From contig JBFFED010000001.1 in NCBI GenBank assembly GCA_041559015.1, forward strand, positions 2,361 through 66,360: a stretch of 64,000 nt of DNA. The letters are read 5' to 3'. This stretch comes from Thermoplasmata archaeon. GTDB taxonomy: Archaea; Thermoplasmatota; Thermoplasmata; UBA10834. Position numbers and translations under genes: made by a program. Positions 57,599 through 64,000 of the stretch are shown here, one piece after another; the stretch's first letter is position 1, and each line of letters begins with the position of its first letter. The notes below the pieces were generated by a model. It made no database searches, was not told the DNA's origin, and saw nothing but the letters and a program-made list of their open reading frames with translations.

Positions 57599-58066
57599 TC
57601 ACAACTTGCCGAAGAACCGCCTGACCCCGCTCGTGAAGAGGTAGACAAAGATAAGCATCGACAGCAGGAGGCCGAAGATGGTGCTGAACCAGGTCACCTG
57701 ATCGTCGAACCCGTAGGCGTAGGCGGAGAGCAGATTGCCGATGAACGAGAGGGCCGTAACGATTACCGCCAAGGTCCAAGCCCAACCACTCCCGCGCAGC
57801 AGACCGCGCGTGGCGATGAAGAACGCCACCGAGATGATGAGGATGAAGAGGGCCATCAGCAGGTACACCTCGTCCGTACCCTGGTCTGCCATGAGCGCAA
57901 GGCCGAAGAACCCCAAGGCGAGGGCGAGATAAAGCAGTCCACCGAAAAGTGTGAGGAAAGCGAGCAGGGTGACACCGAACGGTCTGCTCATGCCAGGCAT
58001 CGACCTGAATACGGCTCTCGGGAACATAAAGTCCCCCTTGCGGGAGGGGATGGCCTCGGAAACCAT
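57599..58066 (-). CDS. Hypothetical small integral membrane protein (4 TM)
   Basis: Hydrophobic ORF of about 150 aa. Coding-like composition. No recognised motif. Confidence 0.5.
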   Translation of the reverse strand: MVSEAIPSRKGDFMFPRAVFRSMPGMSRPFGVTLLAFLTLFGGLLYLALALGFFGLALMADQGTDEVYLLMALFILIISVAFFIATRGLLRGSGWAWTLAVIVTALSFIGNLLSAYAYGFDDQVTWFSTIFGLLLSMLIFVYLFTSGVRRFFGKL

Positions 58067-58084
58067 TTAATGGACCCGAGAGCA

Positions 58085-58157
58085 TAGGCCGGCTGGGCCC
58101 ATGGTCTAGCGGTTATGACAACGCCCTTACACGGCGTAGGTCACCGGTTCGAATCCG
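58085..58157 (+). tRNA. tRNA-Val (anticodon TAC), no encoded CCA
   Basis: GGGCCCA-TG-GTCT-AGCGGTTAT-GACA-A-ACGCC-CTTACAC-GGCGT-AGGTC-ACCGG-TTCGAAT-CCGGT-TGGGCCC-A. Clean cloverleaf with U33 and anticodon UAC. Confidence 0.8.
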
Positions 58158-58222
58158 GTTGGGCCCATTCAGACTCCAGAGATGACTGAGCCGCACGCTG
58201 AGACGATCAGGATTGTGAGAAC

Positions 58223-58786
58223 ATGCCTCGGAAGAAGACTGAGAAGACGGCATCAAAACTGCTGATTGGCGAGAGAGTCTACCTGAGACCTTTCGGAAGA
58301 GAGGACCTCACACATATCCGCAAGTGGTATGACGACCCGGAGATCAGGAGGATGACGGGCGAGGTAACCCCCATGAGCCGAGCCGAGGCGGAGAGGTTCC
58401 TCAAGAAGGTCAAGGTCGACAAGGACCGAATATGGTTCGCAGTAGTCCTGAAGAAAGGGGACCGCGTGATAGGGGAAGCGGGATTGTTGCGGATGTTCAA
58501 GCCCTGGAGATGCACGGACATGACCGTCATCATCGGAGAGAAGGATGTGTGGGGAAGGGGCTATGGTACTGAGGCGGGCCGCCTACTCCTCGATCACGCC
58601 TTCAAGCGTCTGCGCTTCCATAGGGTCTCGATAGGTGTAGTTGCCCTAAACGAGAGGGCGATGGCCTACTGGAAGGGGCTCGGTTTCAAGAAGGAAGGTA
58701 TCCAGAGGGATGGATACTTCTGCGACGGCACGTTCAGCGACTTCGTCATGATGAGCATTCTCGAGGATGAATACAGGAACAGATGA
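58223..58786 (+). CDS. GNAT-family N-acetyltransferase (RimL/RimJ-like)
   Basis: …VYLRPFGREDL…, …IGEAGL…, …WGRGYGTEAGRLLLDHAF…RVSIGVVALNERAMAYWKGLGF… GNAT motifs. Confidence 0.8.
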   Translation: MPRKKTEKTASKLLIGERVYLRPFGREDLTHIRKWYDDPEIRRMTGEVTPMSRAEAERFLKKVKVDKDRIWFAVVLKKGDRVIGEAGLLRMFKPWRCTDMTVIIGEKDVWGRGYGTEAGRLLLDHAFKRLRFHRVSIGVVALNERAMAYWKGLGFKKEGIQRDGYFCDGTFSDFVMMSILEDEYRNR

Positions 58787-59793
58787 ACACGGGAACACAA
58801 CAGGATTTTAATCGTTGTTACCCTTCACCCATACCGACCAGAAGCATGACCGCACAAAGCTCGAACACAGCAGCCGAGAGGATATCGGTCAAGGGAGTGA
58901 TCATTCTGTCGCGCCTGCCCTTCCTCTCGCCCGGCATGGCCGCCCTGATCACAGGGATAGGCATAGCCATGAGGATGAACGACGACTATGAACCTGGCCT
59001 CGTGGGAATCTCCCTCGTGGGCATGGCATTCATCATGCTTGCCACTTACTACTTCAACGAGTACTACGACTATGAGGGCGACCTTATCAACAGGAAGTTC
59101 ACCAAGTTCTCTGGCGGCAGCCGTGCCATACCAGACCTCAATGTGCCTCGCCCTTTGGCGAGAGTTGCCGGCTGGACATCAATCGCGGTCCTCGCCGCTG
59201 TCGCCATCGCCTACATGGCCTTCTACTTCGGAGACTACCCCCTCCTCCTGCCCCTTGCTCTGTTCGGTGCATTCTGCGGCATCTTCTACTCGAGCCCGCC
59301 TTTCCAATGGTCCTACCTCGGGATAGGAGAGGTGCTAATCGGCATCTGCTACGGAGTGCTGGCATTCGTGAGCGGGTTCTACCTCACATCCGGCGAGATG
59401 AATCCTGACATGGTCATAGTGGCAATCCCAGCCTCCCTGACTATCTTCGGAGTGATAGTCGTCAACGAGTTCCCAGACTATGAGGCAGACAAAGCCGTAG
59501 AGAAGAAGACCATCGTCGTGCGGTTCGGCCCCGAGAGAGCTGCCTACATATTCGCAGCCGCGATGCTCCTCGCTTATCCGAGCATGCTAGCGTCCGTCCT
59601 GATTGGCGTGAGCCTCTGGATTGCCGTCCTGGGACTGCCTGTCCTGCTACTCTCAGCATATGCCGCTGTTAGGACGCTCGGAGGAGGGCATTCGGACGAG
59701 AGGAGGCAAACCGGGATGGCGGCGGCCACCCTCCTTGCGAATCTCGCATCCTCCGTGGTCTTCATAGTTGCCTTCCCCCTCGGAGTTGCCTGA
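58783..59793 (+). CDS. UbiA-family aromatic/isoprenoid prenyltransferase (integral membrane)
   Basis: Nine TM helices. Asp-rich motif NEYYDYEGD and a second motif region (…NEFPDYEADK…). ATGA overlap with the preceding GNAT. Confidence 0.8.
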   Translation: MNTGTQQDFNRCYPSPIPTRSMTAQSSNTAAERISVKGVIILSRLPFLSPGMAALITGIGIAMRMNDDYEPGLVGISLVGMAFIMLATYYFNEYYDYEGDLINRKFTKFSGGSRAIPDLNVPRPLARVAGWTSIAVLAAVAIAYMAFYFGDYPLLLPLALFGAFCGIFYSSPPFQWSYLGIGEVLIGICYGVLAFVSGFYLTSGEMNPDMVIVAIPASLTIFGVIVVNEFPDYEADKAVEKKTIVVRFGPERAAYIFAAAMLLAYPSMLASVLIGVSLWIAVLGLPVLLLSAYAAVRTLGGGHSDERRQTGMAAATLLANLASSVVFIVAFPLGVA

Positions 59794-60999
59794 ATGAACG
59801 AGAGGACTGTCAGGCCGTTCTACCAACCGCCGTCGCTGCTCGCTAGGCAACTCAGGAGCGCCCTCCTGATCAGGCGACTGACCGGCTGGTCAAAGCTTCC
59901 ATGGTGGACAACTCAGGCAGGCAAGATATTTCAGATAGCCGCAGGATGCCAGGGCATAGGATGCTTCGGATATCCTGTCCACCCCGTCTGGGAGGTCACA
60001 GCGAAATGCAACCTCGAGTGCGAGCATTGCCATGCGCGCGCAGGGGACATAGATCGTGGTGATGAGCTCACCACGGACGAGGCGAAGACGAGGCTGATAG
60101 ATCCGCTGGCGGAGGTGGCTGACTTCAAGAGCCTCGTATTCTCAGGCGGGGAGCCGTTAGTCCGTGAGGACTTGTTGGAGCTCGTAGGGCACGCCAAGAA
60201 GCGGGGGTTCTACCCCATCATCGCAACCAACGCCACGCTCATAACTGCGGATGTTGCGAGGGCACTGAAGCGCGCCGGGACACTCGGCATCGCGGCGAGC
60301 ATCGACTCGATGAAGGACGATGTCCACGACGCTTTCAGGCGCAAGGCAGGGGCCCTCAGGCTCGCGAGGGAGGGCATCGCGAACGCGGCTGCAGAGGGCA
60401 TGTACATCCAATTTAACATCACTGCTTCGAAGATCAATCTGGACGAGCTCCCGGAGATAATCTCGTTCGCGGACGAACTCCGCGCACACGTCATCCTCCT
60501 CTATCAGTTCATCCCCTCAGGCAGGGGCGAGGAGAGTTCCCAGCTCGAGCTGACGAGGGAGGAGTTCAGGGAGGAGATCCTGAGAACGGGCGAGCTCCAG
60601 AAGGACCTGCACCCCGTGATAGCGCCCGTGGGCCTTCCCGAATACTGGGCCCTGCACAATGTGATGCAGAACGACGGCAGGCGGTCGGATGTGCTGAGGG
60701 GGTGCATATGCGGGAACGGTATGTTCTACATCAAACCCAACGGCGATGTCTGGCCGTGTGCGTTCGTCCCGATTAGCGGGGGCAACCTGAGGGAGAAGAC
60801 CCCGGCCGAGATATGGAATGGCTCCGAGCTCTTCAGGAATCTCAGGAACAGAGACAACCTCAAAGGCATCTGTCACGACTGCTCTCAGAGGGAGGTCTGT
60901 GGTGGGTGCAGGGCCAGGGCGTACGCTCACTCTGGAGACCTGTTCGGCGAGGACCCGAAGTGCGCCCTCACCGAGGGTGAGAGACGGGTAGGGTCCTGA
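59794..60999 (+). CDS. Radical SAM enzyme with C-terminal SPASM/twitch domain (NirJ/AhbC/AhbD-like subfamily)
   Basis: …VWEVTAKCNLECEHCHA… gives the CxxxCxxC core. C-terminal Cys cluster …CICGNG…C…CHDCSQREVCGGCRARA…. Starts immediately after the UbiA stop. Confidence 0.8.
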   Translation: MNERTVRPFYQPPSLLARQLRSALLIRRLTGWSKLPWWTTQAGKIFQIAAGCQGIGCFGYPVHPVWEVTAKCNLECEHCHARAGDIDRGDELTTDEAKTRLIDPLAEVADFKSLVFSGGEPLVREDLLELVGHAKKRGFYPIIATNATLITADVARALKRAGTLGIAASIDSMKDDVHDAFRRKAGALRLAREGIANAAAEGMYIQFNITASKINLDELPEIISFADELRAHVILLYQFIPSGRGEESSQLELTREEFREEILRTGELQKDLHPVIAPVGLPEYWALHNVMQNDGRRSDVLRGCICGNGMFYIKPNGDVWPCAFVPISGGNLREKTPAEIWNGSELFRNLRNRDNLKGICHDCSQREVCGGCRARAYAHSGDLFGEDPKCALTEGERRVGS

Positions 61000-61098
61000 C
61001 GCTCTTTTCGGAGCAGGTTTAAAGCCTCGGATGGTCGGTTAACCCGCGGTGGCAGCTTGAGATTCGACTTCGAGACATGGCTGAGACAGAATTACAGT

Positions 61099-61236
61099 AT
61101 GAAGGCCCAGGATCTGGATGAAAGGGAGTTGGAATTGGCAAGGAGGGAGTACGCCGAGGAGTATCCCAAGCCGGGCGAGGGCGAGATCAGGCTTAAGTCC
61201 TATCCGTTCAAGAAGTACCTCGACGCAAAGAGCTAG
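61099..61236 (+). CDS. Possible small protein (45 aa), hypothetical
   Basis: MKAQDLDERELELARREYAEEYPKPGEGEIRLKSYPFKKYLDAKS translated by hand. Coding-like but weakly supported. The overlapping track ORF 61118..61327 looks non-coding. Confidence 0.25.
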   Translation: MKAQDLDERELELARREYAEEYPKPGEGEIRLKSYPFKKYLDAKS

Positions 61237-61338
61237 ATTCGAGCTGGCGGACCATCCTGCGTGCGGCCAGTACGCCCGGAAACGGGCCCCGAGTCCGTGG
61301 AAACGTTTAAGATTTAGGTCAGCCTAACTCTTCTTCAG

Positions 61339-62007
61339 ATGGTTTCTGAGAACACCGAGCAGTACCTGAAGGTGATCCACAGGTTGACCGAGGACGGAGG
61401 CGTCGCGAAGACCTCGGAAATAGCCTCCGCGATGAATGTCACCCCTGCTAGCGTCACCGAGATGATGCACAAGCTCTCGGCTCAAGGGTACGTCACGCAC
61501 GAACCATACCGGGGAGTGACCCTCAGGCCCAGAGGCAGGAGGATAGCCTGCAGGATAGCGAGGAGACACCGACTGCTCGAGAGGTTCCTGGCCGATTATG
61601 TCGGCATAAAGGGCAGGCAGAGGCACGAACAGGCGTGCAAGATGGAGCACGTTCTGACCGACGAGGTGGAACAGAGCCTGTGCAGGATCATGAACCACCC
61701 GACCGAGTGCCCCCATGGCAGACGCATACCGAGGTGCGACAGGGGCATAAGCTGCGAGAAGTGCACCAGCAACGACCTCCCCCTCACCGACGTCAAGGAG
61801 GGGGAGAAGGTGATAGTCTCGCACCTCGTCTCGAGGAGCCACGATGAACTGTGTTCGATGCTGGCCATGGGGTTCGTGCCGGGGGCAGAGGTGAAGGTCG
61901 AGAAGAGGGTGCCTATGGGTGGCCCTATGATAGTCAGCCTGAAGGGCGTGAAGATAGCGATTGCCAGAGACAGGACCGATATCCTCCACGTCATGAGACC
62001 GACCTAG
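61339..62007 (+). CDS. DtxR/MntR-family metal-dependent transcriptional regulator with C-terminal FeoA (SH3-like) domain
   Basis: N-terminal wHTH (…QYLKVIHRLTEDGGVAKTSEIASAMNVTPASVTEMMHKL…). Metal-site His/Cys/Glu residues. C-terminal FeoA-like …LTDVKEGEKVIVSHL…. Confidence 0.85.
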   Translation: MVSENTEQYLKVIHRLTEDGGVAKTSEIASAMNVTPASVTEMMHKLSAQGYVTHEPYRGVTLRPRGRRIACRIARRHRLLERFLADYVGIKGRQRHEQACKMEHVLTDEVEQSLCRIMNHPTECPHGRRIPRCDRGISCEKCTSNDLPLTDVKEGEKVIVSHLVSRSHDELCSMLAMGFVPGAEVKVEKRVPMGGPMIVSLKGVKIAIARDRTDILHVMRPT

Positions 62008-62019
62008 GAGACGGACACC

Positions 62020-63924
62020 ATGCGGATCGCTCTCGCGGGCAACCCCAACGTTGGCAAGAGCATCATCTTCAGCCAGCTGACTGGGGTCGGTGTCATAAGC
62101 GCCAACTACCCTGGAACCACTATAGAGTTCGCCGAGGGTAAGGCCAAGTTCATGGGCACGACCGTCACGGTCGTAGACCTCCCGGGGACTTACTCCCTGG
62201 CCGGGAACACGGACGATGAGAGGGTCGCGACGAACATCCTTTTCGATAGGAAGCCTGAGACGGTCATCGCGGTTCTAGACGCCACGAGACTGGAAAGGAA
62301 CCTGGTGCTCCTGTTCGAGCTGATTGAATCCGGTTATAATGTCGTCGCAGCGCTCAACATGTACGACATCGTCAGGAAGAACAAGCTCAGGATTGACATA
62401 GAGCGGCTGGAACGCACACTCATGATGCCCGTGATCCCGACGGTGGCCACGAAGGGTGAGGGCATCGACTCACTCCTGTACACATCCCTTCAGCTCAGGC
62501 GCAGGAGCAAGTTCAGGGTCAGGTATGACTCCCACATAGAGGAGATGATAGCGCGGCTAGAGGGCATGCTCAGGGAGGAGGACTGGGAGTATCCGCTGAG
62601 GTCCGTGGCGGTGAGGCTGCTCACCGACGACCCGCGCGTGCAGGAGAAGGCGAAGCCTGAGGTGCGAGAACTCGTCGCGAAGCTCAGAGAAGAGTTCAAG
62701 GAGACGCATGGAGAGGACATAGTGGTCCACATCCAGCGAGACAGGTTCGGCGAGGCGGGGAGGATAGCCAGCGAGGTGCTCGCACCCTCGTCCTCCGCCA
62801 AAGCCCAGAAAGAACTGGCGACCGACATAACCCTCCGGCCGTCCACAGGGATACCCATCCTCCTCGGTGTCCTGGGACTGGTGTTCGTCATACTGGTGTT
62901 CGTCGGGGGGATGACAGAGGGAGTGCTGGTCGGGGCATATGCCGAGACGGGAAAACCCCTCTTCACGGACATGGCAGCGGATGCCGAAAGCGAGGTTACC
63001 TCCGGGATACTGCTCGGGATATCGCTCAGCATAGAGGCCATGCTGGCCCTCGTCATACCCTACATACTGGTCTTCTACATCATGCTGTCAGTGCTCGAGG
63101 ACACCGGATACCTGGTCAGGGTCGTCTCCCTCTTGGACGGCGTGATGCACGGGCTCGGCCTCCACGGAAGGGCCGTCATCCCCATGGTCGTCGGGTTCGG
63201 GTGCAATGTCCCGGCCATACTGGCAACTAGGGCGATGGGCTCCAAGAGGGAGCGGCTCATACTCGCAGTACTGATAACGATGGCCGTGCCATGCTCAGCG
63301 CAGACTGCGATAATCGTCGGCTCGGTCGGCAACTACGCGGGACCTCTGTGGGCCCTGCTGATATACGTGATACTCTTCGCGATGGTGGCCGTTCTCGGCC
63401 TCGTGATGCACAAGATGATCAAGTTCGAGCCCACGGGCATGTGCCTGGAGATACCTGACATGAGGTGGCCGAACGCAAAGCAGACAGCGATCAAAACCTA
63501 TGTCCGAATAAAGGAGTTCCTGACGATTGCCTTCCCACTGCTGCTCGCGGGGAGTGTCGTCCTTGAGACACTTCTGGCCTTGGAGCTCCTCCAGAAGCTC
63601 ATGGATCCCCTTGAGCCGCTGATGATGGCCGCCCTGGGACTCCCGGCTTTCACGGTAGTGGCCCTCGTTTTCGGCATACTCAGGAAGGAGATGGCGCTCC
63701 AGATGCTGATGATACTCGCTGGCGAGACGAACCTCGCCCTCTTCCTTACGAACGAACAGATGTTCGTGTTCGCCCTGATCATGGCAGTGTTCATGCCGTG
63801 CCTGGCTGCAGTCGCGGTGCTCCTGAAGGAGTTCGGTCTCAGGAATACAGTGCTCGTCACGGCATCGTCGATCGGGCTAGCATTGATCATGGGCGCAGTA
63901 GCGAACGCTCTGTTCCAGCTCTAG
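62020..63924 (+). CDS. feoB: Ferrous iron transporter FeoB (N-terminal G domain plus multi-TM permease)
   Basis: G1 GNPNVGKS, G2/G3 (…DLPGTYS…), then a 400-aa polytopic membrane domain with FeoB gate motifs. Confidence 0.9.
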   Translation: MRIALAGNPNVGKSIIFSQLTGVGVISANYPGTTIEFAEGKAKFMGTTVTVVDLPGTYSLAGNTDDERVATNILFDRKPETVIAVLDATRLERNLVLLFELIESGYNVVAALNMYDIVRKNKLRIDIERLERTLMMPVIPTVATKGEGIDSLLYTSLQLRRRSKFRVRYDSHIEEMIARLEGMLREEDWEYPLRSVAVRLLTDDPRVQEKAKPEVRELVAKLREEFKETHGEDIVVHIQRDRFGEAGRIASEVLAPSSSAKAQKELATDITLRPSTGIPILLGVLGLVFVILVFVGGMTEGVLVGAYAETGKPLFTDMAADAESEVTSGILLGISLSIEAMLALVIPYILVFYIMLSVLEDTGYLVRVVSLLDGVMHGLGLHGRAVIPMVVGFGCNVPAILATRAMGSKRERLILAVLITMAVPCSAQTAIIVGSVGNYAGPLWALLIYVILFAMVAVLGLVMHKMIKFEPTGMCLEIPDMRWPNAKQTAIKTYVRIKEFLTIAFPLLLAGSVVLETLLALELLQKLMDPLEPLMMAALGLPAFTVVALVFGILRKEMALQMLMILAGETNLALFLTNEQMFVFALIMAVFMPCLAAVAVLLKEFGLRNTVLVTASSIGLALIMGAVANALFQL

Positions 63925-64000
63925 CGATCGTTCATCTCACGAACATCGAGAGGTCTTCGTCACCGCGTATGCCGGGGGGCACGTTGACGCTGCCCCTGTA

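Noticed and set aside
61118-61327. 69-aa track ORF rich in Arg/Ser
   Set aside because: Non-protein-like composition. A different frame yields a somewhat more plausible 45-aa ORF, kept only at low confidence.
1-64000. Looked for CRISPR arrays, rRNA genes, integrases/transposases and long direct repeats
   Set aside because: No regularly spaced repeats, rRNA-like conserved stretches or recombinase motifs were seen by eye. The tRNA-Arg-flanked lower-GC block lacks an integrase or obvious att repeat.

Overview
This 64-kb window reads as a high-GC (about 60%+) archaeal chromosome segment. The archaeal call rests on marker genes and sequence features: Nep1, PurP, RpoK, uS2, RPA, a Trm112-like ORF, tRNAs without encoded CCA, a PEF-CTERM sorting signal and UbiA. 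Two secreted clostripain-like (C11) peptidases and a Wood-Ljungdahl carbonyl branch suggest a sediment-dwelling, protein-degrading, acetogenic-type archaeon; this is inference. Most of the window is densely packed core metabolism and information-processing genes. These include a nucleotide-sugar/glycan module, serA, purP, nep1, two aminotransferases, leuCD-family dehydratases, iorAB, an RPA pair, rps2-rpoK, feoB with a dtxR-like regulator, several transporters, and two tRNAs (Arg-TCG and Val-TAC).

The main unusual region is a bacterial-type acetyl-CoA synthase gene cluster at roughly 23.5-36 kb. It holds acsE, a RACo-like activator, two cooC/acsF paralogs, a CooT-like ORF, and acsC/acsD. Its centrepiece is a single 1399-aa ORF in which a CooS/AcsA-type Ni-CODH is fused in frame to a full-length bacterial-type AcsB.

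A second locus at 12.2-16.5 kb is a tight three-gene operon. It encodes an opine-dehydrogenase-family enzyme, a fused MutS-like (B12-binding-like) plus GlmE-like (methylaspartate-mutase-like) protein, and an AsnB-like amide synthetase whose N-terminal Cys nucleophile is replaced by Gln. This is a candidate uncharacterised small-molecule pathway. A CBS/wHTH regulator is divergently encoded next to it, and a QueG-like Fe-S protein and an MFS exporter lie nearby.

Three genes (a GNAT, the opine dehydrogenase, and the mutase fusion) have conserved N-terminal motifs that lie upstream of any in-frame ATG/GTG/TTG. In each case an SD-like sequence precedes an in-frame ATT. This suggests ATT initiation, or alternatively recoding or sequence errors.

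Other items worth a second look:
- a KaiC-like protein with a destroyed Walker A motif
- three tandem zinc-ribbon membrane-protein paralogs
- a modestly lower-GC segment at about 45.8-53 kb, bounded by tRNA-Arg, that carries a histidine kinase, a PEF-CTERM surface protein, a methyltransferase and the second C11 peptidase
- a UbiA prenyltransferase next to a radical-SAM/SPASM gene

I saw no rRNA, CRISPR array, integrase or transposase. Coordinates that I derived by hand from the printed sequence (internal starts, tRNAs, hairpin) may be off by a few nucleotides; ORF-track coordinates are used where possible.
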